A stretch of DNA of 64,000 bases, counting the filler, from Lenisia limosa (taxonomy: Eukaryota > Protista > Breviatea): assembly GCA_001655205.1 (NCBI GenBank). It is 11 parts of 11 records of this genome, joined end to end, with 100 filler letters (N's around TTAATTAATTAA, not from the genome) between each part and the next. Parts side by side here need not be neighbours in the genome. Positions count along the whole stretch, not along the records: positions 43,265 to 51,694 come from LPNZ01007257.1; positions 51,795 to 60,912 come from LPNZ01002291.1; positions 61,013 to 62,791 come from LPNZ01001891.1; 8 more parts are not named here. One strand, 5' to 3'. The position numbers were made by a program, and so were the translations under genes. Below, in pieces: positions 49,119-62,791 of this stretch. The stretch's first letter is position 1. Each line of letters opens with the position of its first letter. The notes below the pieces were generated by a model that was not told the DNA's origin, ran no database searches, and saw only the letters and a program-made list of their open reading frames with translations.

Positions 49119-50680
49119 CTACCATGGTAGTTTATTACGCAGACGGGCTGTAAATGCTTGGAGTGAGGCCGGTGGTTGAGCTGTTTTTGCTTTTACTGCT
49201 GTGTAAGCTTCTTTTGTTATGGGGTCATATTTTTGTACAAGAAGTGAAGAGTCAATGTCGTCGTAATTATAAATATTTGAGGCCTGGGTAACACAATGAA
49301 ACCTTTTATCAGGGAGTACACGAATATGATGTTGGGAAGGTGTTTTAAAAAAAAACTGAAGGGAGGGAGTGCCACAAACACGTACATAAGAAAAAAGATT
49401 TTCGACCACATCGGTTGACTATGCTCGATAATTGCATTGAGTTGTTAGCAACGCTGGGTCAGCTCGGTATCGGATTGGTTCAGTTATTGAAAATTGAAAA
49501 GTAGAAGCATATTGGTCAAAAAATAAATTACGAGCGCTTGGGTCTTCATGATTTAGTCGGTGAAAGAACCATCTTCGTGCCTTATATGCTCGACCCAGGC
49601 GCTCGGACTGTGAAAGGCCTCGCTGATTATATGTCACGGGTGTATTTCAAAAAATCGTATGTGTCCTTAGCCCCCTCAAATCCATCAAAACTAAAAGATT
49701 TATTCTATCCACAACTTTATCAGAAACAAAAGTCCGAGCCTGGAATTGACTGCGGATCTGCGTAAAAATTATTGACGTCAATTCCTGTGTCATTTTCCTC
49801 CTCTGCTACAAATGAAATTGTTTTATGAAAGTCACTTTTACTACGTTTTATATATGCAATACATCTCTTGAACAAATGTCCTGGGTCTAAATCTGGCATG
49901 ACAAAGATTTCGGCATTTTTAGAAACATTTTGGAGAAAGGGAGAAACTGGTGGGATTTCCAAAAACTCGTCTGAGATTTTCGACAAGTGTTCCCGATTGG
50001 GGCACACTGGAAAAGGCACACCAGGTTTCGTGGAAGAACTAATCCGTTCATTCACAATTGCCAAGACGCCCTGCTCTATTTTGCTCCCTCTTTACGATTC
50101 CTAACCACCAAAATATATATATCCCCAATCTTTTCACGAATCTCTTCTAATGAAAGTGAGTGAACTGAATGTAGTTCATTGAAAAGTTTTTCAATCAAAA
50201 TTTCTTTTGGGTGCCTTAAGAGTTAAAAGGGTACGAACTATTTCGATAAGAAGTCACTTTGTCATCATGTGACCTCAGCTGTTTTGCGCGTCCTGCGCCG
50301 TCTTCGCCAGCAAAAATATTCAGAGTTACGGTTTCATCAGAGGAAAAAACAAGCTGCAGATTTTCAGCAAGGTAGGCCTGTAATTTTCCTGAAAATATGG
50401 TAGATACCTGCATAAACATACGGTCATACTCAGGACGGTTGGATCCTGCCCCTGAAATGCAACTGACATCATTGACTGGTTGTTGATGGAGTTTAAAATA
50501 AAAGCATTGATTTTGGTGACCATAACAAATCGCAACTGTTTTGAAAATTTCACAGCATATTGGATTTTTGAAAAGGCCGACTTTTCAGAAAGAGAGAAGA
50601 GTTAAGCTGGACTCCAAACGGTAAATGAAGCTTCCCGGCCCTCAACTGGAGAGTTTTCACAGCACAGCAGGGGCACAATA
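49119..50680 (-). pseudogene. Decayed P-element-superfamily (THAP-domain) transposase
   Basis: No apparent introns; multiple stops and frameshifts; ordered motifs YCALLCCEN..SFTVW and AICYGH (THAP C2CH), DPGHLFKR (DxxH), DPQS/ARTFVSDKV, GFEGAKDTYDFL and STDVVENLFSYVR (QDxLENxFxxIR-like). Confidence 0.8.
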
Positions 50681-51805
50681 ATTTTAAATTTTTTTTTGAA
50701 TTCTTTCAATAACTTTCAAAAGCTCGTCAAACCATCCTTATTAAAATATAAAACTGATTAATTTTGATAGATCGCTTTATTTTTAATCAACTTACTACCA
50801 CAACTATTTGCCCAAAGAATTTTTTTAACCAACTGTTCCGCCTCTTGCCACTCCTCGTCCCTCACTGCAATGGAAATAAAAGTTACGTATTTTGAGTATA
50901 TTACAAAAAAATTTGCCCCCTTGACCCGGTTCAACTGTGCCTGTAGGTCAGTGGTGGTGGCCAAAACTAAGGTTTGAGTCCGCATCTGACAGACTTGCCA
51001 TTGTTTTTATCCCCATTTTTTTTTTTTTTTTTTTTTTTTNNNNNNNNNNNNNNNNNNNNNNNNNNNNNNNNNNNNNNNNNNNNNNNNNNNNNNNNNNNNN
51101 NNNNNNNNNNNNNNNNNNNNNNNNNNNNNNNNNNNNNNNNNNNNNNNNNNCACACAGTGATATGTCACCTCATATTCGCTCGTATGAAAATTGAGTCGTT
51201 CCTATGGAGATAGGACCATGTGTCAACAGGACCTATTTGTTTCCCTAGATTTCTATAAAGTATCGTATTTCTCTTAAAAAAATTCCTTTTTCTCAACTCT
51301 TTAGGCGGAGGAGTGTGCACACAAATTTCTGCAGTCAGCTGTGCAAGTGTGTCTTACAGTGGGCGGGGGTGCGGTAATATTATTGTTATTTGTATGAATT
51401 AAAATCACATTAAGTTTAATCTAGGGATTAAAAAATGGCAAGGGATACCCCCCCCCGCCACAGGCAATTAGCTATTCACGTGCCAAGTAAATATCATAAA
51501 TATGTCATACCATATACTTCGGTTATGTACTATAATAAAACAACAATATGACAATATATATATATATGAATATCAGACGTAATATATACATAGTAGCCAA
51601 CATACAGAGAATCTAACTTCCTTCAGGTGGTCCCGTGTTGTTTGAGGATAGCAAACCGCGATACTGCTTAAATTCAGGTTTGGGGGGGGGGGGGNNNNNN
51701 NNNNNNNNNNNNNNNNNNNNNNNNNNNNNNNNNNNNNNTTAATTAATTAANNNNNNNNNNNNNNNNNNNNNNNNNNNNNNNNNNNNNNNNNNNNCCCCTC
51801 CCCAC

Positions 51806-53574
51806 CTTTCCTGATAAAGTTTGATACCACGGTCTTGCTCGGGTCCTGCGTTCTAAGGTGTAAAACAAGATGGTTAATGTGTAATTGGTAGGCTTCACTT
51901 CGGTTCGAAAAAGTCTGCTAAAATACCGATAGTTTTCGAGGATTTATCGAGAAATTCAGCCATTTTTTGAAAGTGAAGCCCTAACTGGTCGAGCTCATCA
52001 TCTCACCTTTTGTTGGAATGAACTTCTCTATGTATTGATATTATATCGAAAAGTAAGCCTTTTGAGAATCCAAAACGACGCTCTTAAGAAAGGGGAATAG
52101 AGCGGGGAAATAATAATGACCCACTTCAGAAATAGAAGCCGAATTTTTTTGATATCCTCAATTCACCGACATTCAGCTAACATGGTGGCTTCACTTCGGT
52201 TCGAGAAAACAATATTTCTATGATATCCTCAAAATTTATCGAATTTATTGGTCTTTTTCGGACAAAAGTGAAGCCCTTAAACATTGTCCCTACTCACCTC
52301 AGCGGCTGATTTGTTAGGGTCCAAGGGGTGCCACAGGTCCACTCCAGCCGTAACCAAATCAAACATCGATCTGGATTATATGAGCTTGAATTAATTGTGA
52401 AGACATAGACAACTCAAAATGACCAATACTCCTCAAAACGTTATCCCCTCCCCTTCTACTTTTAACCTTATGATGGTCCATTCATAATACTAATGATATC
52501 GTAGGCACGCAGAATGCTGTGTGACCAGAGTTGTAAGGCAAATGATTGGGTAAATTAAAATTATACTATAATTCAATATCTCTTATAAGTAGGGCTTCAC
52601 TTCGGAAGAAAAATTCCGGTAAAATATTGATAATTATTAGGATTTATCGAGAAATTCAGTCTTTTTTTTTGAACCAAATAGAGCGTGATGGTGTGGACTT
52701 GTCTTTTATTTCTCATCCATTGCTATAAAATATAACCCACGGATAACGTGTTCAAAAGGCTAAAGCCCGCCCCCCTACAATGCAGCCATTTCAGCCTCGA
52801 GTTGATCCTCCTCCTTTTGGGGCCAGAGTTGGCCGTTATTGAGGTTCTTAGCCAAGTAGCGCACGATCAGAGGGGTGTGGGTGAGAGTGATCTTCTTGCC
52901 ATCACTATCAGGGTGAGGAATGGAGGAAACTTGATTATTTAATAACACAAACTAATAATGTCTACAAACCCTTGATAGATGTAGATAATTAGCTGTTACT
53001 CTACACTGAAATAACTGCAAGTTCCTAATTGTGCATTCACTTCATCTCGATTTGGAGATAAAAACCCGGAGTAACCAACCTTCGGTTGTGGATTAAAATA
53101 GGAGGAGCATAACCCACACCAGACGAGCGCACATCCAGCATTTTGTTGACAATCCTGATTCCTTCAATGTCAAAGCGAAATGAGGGAATTCAAACGGAGC
53201 ACTCTTCATAGTTTTATACTAGTAGACCATTTTAGCAACAAAATAATGAATCCTTCGAAAGCCAGTGACAAGGATGTTTTTTTACATCATATTAGCCGAT
53301 ATAAATATTTATATCAAGGGCATGTTACCTCCTCCTTCAACACCCCTCCCTCCTACCGGGCTTTTCGTGGAAAGGAAGGGAAGGGTCAACATCACCTCCG
53401 ATTTCGTTCAAGCAAATGTCTTCATATTCAACACCAGTTGCCTAGAAGCTCAATATGAGAGATGGGATGAAGAAAGGCGTGAGATTTTTGAATGGGAAGA
53501 GAGCTAACCTTGAACATAAAGCGAATGAACTCTCCTCGTGCTAATATCGGCCAATAATAAAGTTGATACTCCAT
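51806..53574 (-). CDS. Glutathione S-transferase, 3' end beyond gap
   Basis: MEYQLYYWPILARGEFIRFMF|ATGVEYED; ITLTHTPLIVRYLA; SMFDLVTAGVDLWHPLDP. Confidence 0.85.
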
Positions 53575-55000
53575 TATGCGGTGATTATGCGGAAAGGGAG
53601 GGAGTTGCCAAAAAGAAGGCTTCATGGAGCGGATGGTGACTTTTAAAATATTTGTTTTGGTAGGTTTCATCTTGGTGGTTGTATATCTCCTTCAACCTAT
53701 CTAACAGCTTGGCCGCTCTGCTTGAAGGGTAGCAGGTATTGGTATTGTTAGGACCTTAGGACTGGGTCGCTTGACATATTACTGTTGTATATCTGATATC
53801 TATACCTCTAGAGGTGGTTGCATTTGGGATGTGCAGTTCAGTAACTATCAATTGCGACAAACTCGATAAAGCTCAGGTTATATACCCCCGGTAGACAGAT
53901 ACTCTGATTCACTTATGATTCAAGACAGCAACAGCCCTAATTTGGGGGGGGGGGGAGAAACTTCCAACACACCAAGTGGTATGAATATAAACAAGTTTAA
54001 ACACACAAATAAACCAAAATGTTGGCTAAGATTGTAAATAAGGGTTTTTAAAAACTAAGACCGCGGAATAAATCTTGATCATGACTTGAAGTGAAAGATA
54101 TTGTTATGGAGAAAAACACAAGGAAACAAAAAACAATTCTAACACCAACTGGCAAACCATGACTTATAGCCCAAGACACACCCAAGACAGCTTTCTTAAG
54201 AAGGATTGAAGAAAGAAAAAGAGGAGATAATTTTCAGGGGCGGTTACCAAAACAAGAAAAGAAAGCAAGAAAAAACTATGAAAATAACCTATTCATCACT
54301 CAATGCAAAGCAAAAAATAGTTTTTTTTAACAAGACAATTGGAACGAAAGGAAAAATTCATATTTGAGGGTTAGGTAGGAAATACACACACAAATATAAT
54401 ATCAAAAACAAAAACAAACAAAAAAAAAACAATGATTTTTATTCCCAAAATGAAAGCAATTTGTTATCAATACAATCTTATATTCTTCAAGAACACTGAC
54501 TCAAATGGTATTCAAATGATATATAACACCCTCCTAACTTGCAATAACACAAAAAAACGAAGAACATCCCTGTCAAACTGTATTTCGGAAATATAGAACA
54601 GGCCCATCACAAAAGNNNNNNNNNNNNNNNNNNNNNNNNNNNNNNNNNNNNNNNNNNNNNNNNNNNNNNNNNNNNNNNNNNNNNNNNNNNNNNNNNNNNN
54701 NNNNNNNNNNNNNNTTTATTAAAAAGGGGAAGCCTGCCAAGATCCAAACCACAACAGTTAAACACAAATTAAAAAAAGATACCACACTCACAAACCTTCT
54801 CAAGATTGATAACCTCTACAAACATTCGTCAAGATGTAAAACGTAAGCTAGGAAATAGTGTACATAATAGATCAAGAAACAGTAAATAACATACAAGAAA
54901 AGGCAGAGATCCACGCGATTTATCCTAATTTCGTCAGTTTCCAGTATACAATAAAACCAAGTAAATAAAATGTGTATTAAGCTAAGAAGGCATAGCAAAC

Positions 55001-55266
55001 CTGATTCCTTTCCCTTTTGTGCAGTCTCGACCATCTGTTCGAGTAAATCTACCTGTTTCTCGAGCCTTTGTAAGCGTTCTGTGTTCTTAGCTAACTTAAA
55101 GCGCGTTGAGATCTCTATGTAGTGTCAGAAAATCGGAGGAAAAAGGGAAAGACTCACCAAACTTGTTGATAAACTCTGTAACACGGAGAATTGACATACT
55201 GATCTCAGTAAGAAACACCCTAGACTCCCAGTCCTTCTGGATTCTAAGACTCTCTGCGTCAGACAT
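55001..55266 (-). CDS. BRK1: BRICK1/HSPC300 (SCAR/WAVE complex subunit); last codons unresolved
   Basis: MSDAESLRIQKDWESRVFLTEISMSILRVTEFINKF|EISTRFKLAKNTERLQRLEKQVDLLE. Confidence 0.88.
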
Positions 55267-55446
55267 CTTAAATTATACACAAACTTCTTTTAATTGGATC
55301 TATATATCAAATCACTTAGTTGGCAAGGTTTGTTTTAATGTTTTTGAAAAAAAAACAATTCTGGATTTTATAATACTATAGCCTGCGGGGTATATAGGTT
55401 TCTTTTATACATTTATTTTTTCTTCACTAAATTCTTTTATTTCACT

Positions 55447-56406
55447 ATGCCTAAGAACAAGGGTTTGCCAATAGTACTTTGTTTAGATTATTCTTTTTTC
55501 TGTTTGTGTTTTTTTTTTATCTATACATGAGCCAGTTTTTATCTCATTCGCCCAGGAAAGGGTGGCAAGAACCGTAAACGCGGAAAGGGTGGCAATGACA
55601 TGGTCAAGCGTGAGCTTGTTCTCAAGGTTGAAGGCCAAGGTTAGCGCAAATAAAAAATCCCACGATGCTATTGAATATCACTGCCCCATATATTGACTTT
55701 TGAAGAGTACGCACAAGTTTTGAGAATGCTCGGCAACGGTCGTCTTGAGGCTCTCTGCTTCGATGGTACTCGCCGTCTTGGTCAGATCTGTGGCCGCATG
55801 CGCAAGCGTGTCTGGATTAACCAGGTATGTTTTTTTTTTTAGTTTCCTTCTAGCCGCTCTCTGCTCTCATCTAAGGCACCGATGCAATTGTATTGTTATA
55901 AAACATTTATTTGGCTCATTGTTTAGGGTGATATCATTCTTGTCGGTCTCCGTGACTTCCAAGACAGCAAGTGTGACGTTACCTACAAGTACACTGCTGA
56001 CGAGGCTCGTCAACTTAAGAAGATGGGTGCTATTCCTGAATCAGGTTGGGAAATATTTTAGAAACCAGGGAGTACTGACCAACCTCAATTTGTTCATAGA
56101 ACACACGTGATTCAAAGAAGAATACTTCTTGACATACGAATTTCACTGAAACACACCCACTATGCTTTTACCATCTTTCTCCCCTTCCCATATGTAATCT
56201 CTTCCTAATAATATAAGTGAAATAATGAATAACTCCATTCAAAACAGGCCCACTACATCCATAGCATTCTACCATTCTGAATTTCCCTTACCCCTGTAGC
56301 CAAGATCAACGAGACCGAGACCTTCGAGGACGAGAACAACGCCGACATCGGTTTCGAGTTCACCAATGAAGCCGAGGACACCGATGAGGAGAGCGAGAGC
56401 GAAGAG
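55447..56406 (+). CDS. EIF1A: Translation initiation factor eIF1A (last exon probably at or after the gap)
   Basis: [50 protein letters not shown] and an acidic tail. Confidence 0.96.
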
Positions 56407-57243
56407 GTGCGGACTGGCTTTTTTTTTCCCTTCCCGAACAGTTGATTGCCATATTTCCTCCACTCATTCCCTTCTGGAATGCGGTGCTGATTGAAGAATC
56501 TGCTGTTATGACTTGTTTTGTGTTTGTTGTCCGCATGTGACTATTAAAGTACTCATGATCCCCTTTTTTTTTTGATTTTTTTTTTTTTTTTTTTNNNNNN
56601 NNNNNNNNNNNNNNNNNNNNNNNNNNNNNNNNNNNNNNNNNNNNNNNNNNNNNNNNNNNNNNNNNNNNNNNNNNNNNNNNNNNNNNNNNNNNNNNNNNNN
56701 NNNNNNNNNNNNNNNNNNNNNNNNCTAAACTGTATGCCCGTCTTCAATACAATTCCTTCTTAGACACATTCTCATTGTGTGGGGGATCCAGTATATTTTG
56801 GAAGATATTTGGCTGGATGGCTTCAAAAATGCGTTTCAATGAGATCATTGGGAGTTATTGGGGTGGGGGTGCTATATCTTGGAGAGGTAACCTTCTCTTC
56901 GTTGTTTTCCTAAATTTATAATCGATCTCAGCCCTTATCATCTCCCAAATGTCATTTTCCTCACCTTACAAAAACAAAGCTCTTTTTATATATGACTGTT
57001 AGCCATCTTTCGTAAATTTGAGATTCACAACCACCTGCCAGATATTGTTATTGTACGACGATCTTATTTAAGAATTAGCAAATTACAATTGATCCTATTT
57101 GTACAGCCAAGATTCGAGATTTGATGAGACATAAATCAAGATTGGATGAAATCAGAAAACAGAAATAAAATCAGTAGAAACAACAGATAAAACAGAATGC
57201 AAGCAACGACACTGCAACATGAAAATATAAAATAGACCTAAAA

Positions 57244-59540
57244 CTAAACAAGGGCGGCGGCATGAGCAGCCTTGACAAAACCAAAGAAGCACTCGAGATC
57301 AGCTTCGCACTCCGAGCCACTGGCGGGATCACCAGCCGAGACGACAATGGGTGACGGCGATCGTACTGCTGGGATAGTGCTCAACTCCGTGACGCTAACG
57401 TCAGAACCCGGAGTGGACGGCGAAGGCGGCTGAGAGAGTCAGGGTTGAAATTGGCTGCAAGGAAAGCCGAAAAACTATGATGAATTTATGAATTGTTTCC
57501 AATCTTCCAACATACCTGTCTACAAGAGCGGGTGTTATATGAACGGTAATTGGGAGGATCTTCTCGGACTTGAGACTACACAAGTTAGTTATTTGACAGC
57601 AAGAGAATATTATTAATCAAATACAATCTCGGATAGGAATAATGCATTGTGAAACCAGTAGATTTGATAATCAGGCAATACACCAAATTCCAATAACTGT
57701 GAAATATTTCGATAGGAGGACACTACCGCCCACTCACATTTGACATATGACGTAAGAGAGGTGATTGAGATATGGGATCCTTGTCTTTGGACTTCTACAA
57801 AACAATTAGCAACCTGTAGAGCAGATGTACAACGAAAAGACGGATCGAACATTTAACAAATAAAACTACAGTTAAAAATCCCAACCTTTTGAGTTGGAGA
57901 AGACTTCTGACCAGATCGTCGGACAGTTTGGTAGTAAAACTCCGGGGCAGGTGCTGCCTCCTATTGAATATAAGAAATGTCAGAATTTTAACCAAGCAAG
58001 CAAAATTTGAAATATATTTTGACATTATAGTATTCCAAGACGAATTAATAAAATTGAAAAATGGTATCACCTTGGAGACTGCTGTCGGGGCCGGGGAGAG
58101 AGCCAGAGGAGGGAGGGTCTGAAGGACCATATTTGCGGGGAACTCTGGGGTGGCCGGGGCGGACTGAATGGCACTGGCCATAGCGCAGGACTCGAGCTCG
58201 ACTGGCGGCGGAGGTGATGGGGAAGTCTAGAGAGGTGAAGGCTACGGAGCTGCGGACAAAACCCTTGTTCTGAACAATGCACACTTATTATCAAATCATT
58301 ACTTCTTTTAAGATAATAAATTTTCATCCGTACCTGAAAGAAGAGATTGGGGCTCACAACAGCCGTTCTGAGAGCAGCCTTCTTAACATGGACCGGCTTC
58401 TTGATCTTGCTTTCTCGCTCCAAACGAAGGAAGTACTTTTGTGCGTGTGACTGTAGGGGGGGGGGGGGGNNNNNNNNNNNNNNNNNNNNNNNNNNNNNNN
58501 NNNNNNNNNNNNNNNNNNNNNNNNNNNNNNNNNNNNNNNNNNNNNNNNNNNNNNNNNNNNNNNNNCGCCTTCAACAATGTAACCAAAGGGACAGGATAAA
58601 GATATACAACAACTCGTGTGAGAAGTGGCAATAAAGAGAGGCGGTAGAATATGGCGGGTTTTCAGTCCATGTGCCCAAATGGGGTAAGTTAGGAGAAGTG
58701 CCCAAAGTCATAATCCATGTTACATACCTGGACTTGAGCGGGTGTTCTAGTGCCTATACGTTCGCTAATAGCCTTCCAGCGTCCCCTGGAGGCGGTAAGT
58801 GATGGGGATTGAATTGAGTTGAATTGGGCTTACAAATGCATATGATCAAAACGTTCATGAAAAGAAAGAAATATTGTCACATCCAGCATACTTTCCACAT
58901 TGATTAAGCGCATCAAGAAAGATCTGGTGCTCAGCAGTTGTCCATGCAACCCCTGGAAGTGTGAAATAAAGGAAGGAGGATCGGACCAAAAGGGGAAGAT
59001 GAGGTGGGCGTGGAAGGTTAGGAATAGGAACGGCTCAAACGGAATAGTCATATATTGAACAATAGAACATAGCTATAAACATATTACAGAGGAGGAAGAC
59101 AGAGGAGAGCAAATCGTGGCTGGGATTCATGTGAATCTGTTTATCTCCTTCGGTTCAGATGATAAATCCATTCGGAATGTAGTTAATATGAAGGAATAGA
59201 ATACTTGCGGAAGATAGAATGCAGAAATCAACCCACGGGAACAAAATGAATTCACCTCCATAAGGGGTATGCTGCACCTAAGCGCTGTATAAGCTTACAT
59301 GGACGTCTTGACTTCTTTTTCTGGTAACCAGAGCCAGATTGAGCAGATGTATTTCTCGAACCACGTTCGATCTGCTGCATCCAAGCTTCTTCTTCCGAAA
59401 ATGACTCCTCTAAATAAGTTAGTAATGCAATTGAGAGAGATATGATGACTTACCAAGTTCAGACTCGCTCTCACTGGCAACAAATCTCTTCATTGTGCGA
59501 GTTCGCATTTCGTGACCAGCTATAATGCTCTGAAGGCCCG
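57244..59540 (-). CDS. SHAQKYF-class Myb transcription factor; 5' end uncertain (may extend to ~59937)
   Basis: GVAWTTAEHQIFLDALNQCGK|GRWKAISERIGTRTPAQVQ|SHAQKYFLRL, then Pro/Ser-rich exons. Confidence 0.88.
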
Positions 59541-60513
59541 CTAGATGGTGTCGTATAGAATCAGGATTGAAGTGAAGTGCGTTGAGAGTTAACATCGTGA
59601 ATTACCGTATCAGGGAAAAGAGAAAATGGAAATTCCGCTTTTGGGAAAATATTTATACTCCAATTCAACTGGCTGAATTTAATCTTTGATTGATTATGTC
59701 AGTCAATTGATTGATTTGCCATACTTTCAATTGCTTTTTTGATTGTTTCCGCGTTTTCTTCCAGCTTGATTCTCTCCTTTCTCTCTTTCTCCGTATCGTT
59801 CCCTTAAGGAGTGAGAGTTCCTCCCTGCTTTTCGGATCGGCATTGGGGTGGCTCGGATTGTCAGTCAGCAGCCGATTAAAATGTTTCATCACAAAAATTC
59901 CTTCCTCAGCTATCTCAGAGCTATCTGCATCACCCATTCACTTCTCCCTACGCATCTATTGCCATTATACGTTCAATCATTTCTTATTCCCTCGCCCCTC
60001 CCACTCCCAGTTCTATCATGCACATTATTCACCATCTATCAAATTTTCATTGAATTTTCATCAAAATTAAAAGACGCAATCGACACATTCCATTCCTAGC
60101 ATTTATTATTACACCCTGCCGTTCGCTCCCGATCGCGCCAAGGTAGCCTATGGTTGGTTATATAGTACACCGAGACACTTATTTAGCTTCAACCTGTACA
60201 TTTACAAAACATATATAATTATATCGATATATAATTACATGTAAATGCATATTATATAATACATGATGTATAGTATGAGACGTTGACGTTGATAACTTTT
60301 CCAAGACCAGATATTTTGATTTATCTAAATATTGTTGGTGTCACAATTACTAACTGAGACATTCCGACTTAAACCAATACATTGTAATACAGAAGTTCAA
60401 TAATAAAAGAAATACATTTCACCTCAAATGGAAACTTAAAATTCACAAAAGCGTCTTATAATATACAAAACAATAGAAACAAGGAAACAATAAATTACTA
60501 AAATACATGGGAC

Positions 60514-60912
60514 CTATATCATGTTGAACATCATGGGCTGAACTGATTCATGCCTTGTGGGGTGCTGGGGGTCAAGAACCGCCTCTGTACCGTGTATCTG
60601 AGGAAGGGGGTAAGATTACCTGGAACCCAGTAAACACTCTGTGTAATATTGTTCAGGATAGATTAAGTAGAAGATGGACAAGCGAAAAGAAATAAGAAAG
60701 AGAACACAATTGACAGTGACTGCTCATTCTAATAATAGGGACGAAGGTAACCTCACCTCTATTTATAGCCATCTAGATTTACTTCAACACTAAAACCCAG
60801 CCTACATCCTGGGAGCTTGGGTAGCTGGAGTACTGCTGTTCCGGTGAAAACTCCTGGAATTCAGCTTTGGGCGCGGTTGGTTTGGATAGTCGAATTGGCA
60901 CGTGACCGACAA
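60514..60912 (-). CDS. 3' exons of an unidentified gene (possibly the WDR93-like gene's end)
   Basis: VGHVPIRLSKPTAPKAEFQEFSPEQQY..| IHGTEAVLDPQHPTRHESVQPMMFNMI-stop with canonical splice sites. Confidence 0.45.
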
Positions 60913-61089
60913 NNNNNNNNNNNNNNNNNNNNNNNNNNNNNNNNNNNNNNNNNNNNTTAATTAATTAANNNNNNNNNNNNNNNNNNNNNNNNNNNNNNNN
61001 NNNNNNNNNNNNCACGGGGTTGATAACAACAAAACGAACAAAGCCCAGGCCAGTTACTTCTGCAGCACGGGTTCCATCATTCCAGGGGG

Positions 61090-62311
61090 ATTAAAATTGG
61101 AAAAGGGTGAACTATATAAGCTATGATACATTGACCTCGATAAGCCCTGACAAGATAACTGATAAAAAAACTCTCTACCCGTATCAATACTCGCGGTGTG
61201 TATGTATAAAATTTAGGGCTTCCCTACGGTCCGAAAAAGACCGTCAAAATATCGATATTTTTCGAGAATTTTTCGGAAATTCAGTCTTTTTTGGGACCGA
61301 AGGAAGCCCTAATAATAATAATACAACAGGTACAAACAAACCTTCTTTTTCAGGAAGTCATTTTCATTCTTCAAAGGCTCTACAAAAAATGAACAGAGTT
61401 TGGGATTCACTCCAAATGATTAGTGAACGAAGTATATGAAGGATTATGGCTTCCATCCAGTATAAAAAGATCAGTGAACTATCGAAATGATATCAATATC
61501 TTATCGAGAATTTTAGTAATTTTTTTTTGGATGAGAGTAGTTCTAAGTAGAATGAACTAAAGTTGCTCAAAACCCCTTAATACATAGAGATACCAAAAGT
61601 GATCTATAATTCAAAAAGAAAGACACACCTGAATAGCAATTACCCATTTTCCAATTATTCTCATCACCCCCCAATTTCACAAACCTCCGCTCTGCTTAGA
61701 CCACGCAAGATCAATGATTTTGGTGAGGACCTGATCGATAGATCGGAAGGGTTCAGGAAGAACTAAAATGTGAAGGAAATGCATTTTTTTTAACAATATC
61801 AAGATAAAACTGCACGAGTAAACCAACGCTAAAAGTAGACAAAAAGGAGAAGTGTAACAACAAAACACAATCGATGAATAGAAAGAATGAATAATAAGTG
61901 TGAAAGAGAGAAATGTAAAATGACACCTTTTCATTGTTGGTGATTTCATAAAAACACTGTTCACAAAAGTGAAACTGTAGTGGGCGCAAGAAGGGGGGGA
62001 AGGCTTACCATCGCGGTGAAGCTCCGGATCAAGATAATCATCCAATGCATTCACTTTGTTGGGGTCGTAGGCGTCAGGTGAGCGCTTGGGCGGAAGTGTT
62101 CTAAAGTGAATGCCATAACCAAATATTCAAAAGCCTACTTGAGGAAGGCTTCATGTTTAGCTTTCTTTTCCTTGGTCTTTTCTTCGATATTCACAGTCCT
62201 TTGAAGAAGAACTTCTTCCTCAAGCCTCTTGAGGGACACTGACGTGTCTCTTCGTGAATTCTGTATTGTTTGACTTAGCCTACTGGCTGTTCTGGACGCG
62301 GGACCGACCAT
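61090..62311 (-). CDS. WDR93 (CFAP297)-like protein, N-terminal exons
   Basis: Exon VLPEPFRSIDQVLTKIIDLAW resembles the conserved LPQP(F/Y)RMIxK..W block of WDR93; ATG at 62311. Confidence 0.5.
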
Positions 62312-62629
62312 ATTGTTCCCTCAAAAAATACTACTTTTCGTTGTTCATGTTCTAAACTTAATAAATAATAAATGAAGTAATATTTGTATTGTTTGTATTG
62401 TTTGTATCTGAATGGGGAGAGGAGAAATAAGAATAATTCGTTTTTCATCTGATTTATTCTAGGGAGTCATTTTGACCACATCTTGCATTATTTCCTCTCG
62501 CATTTTCGTTTTCGCAGCCTTTTTCGCTCTCCCTTGTTAATAATAACATAATAATAACAATTACAGACCATCCCAAAATCAAGTGTTTACTGTAAGCGGG
62601 TGTTGACATTGACCTCCCCCATGATATTG

Positions 62630-62791
62630 TGTGTGTGTATGTGTGTGTGTGGCGATAATGACGATGATGAAGATTGGTGATAATGATGATGATGAAAATG
62701 TGTGATGATGATGAAGATGTTTGTGTGTGTGGCGTTAATGATGATGATGAAGATGTGTGTGTGTGTGTGTGTGTGTGGTGATAATGATGAT
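62630..62791. repeat. Compound (GT)n/(GAT)n microsatellite
   Basis: Alternating gtgtgt and gatgatgat blocks running into the gap. Confidence 0.95.

Noticed and set aside
49419-49765. In-frame TGA and TAG within a long frame as a sign of a variant genetic code
   Set aside because: Conserved host genes use no internal stops and end in TAA, TAG or TGA; frameshifts co-occur, so this is pseudogene decay
51151-51160. CACAGTG heptamer suggesting a Transib/RAG-type end for the transposase relic
   Set aside because: It belongs to MITE family C, faces away from the relic, and the relic's motifs fit the P superfamily better
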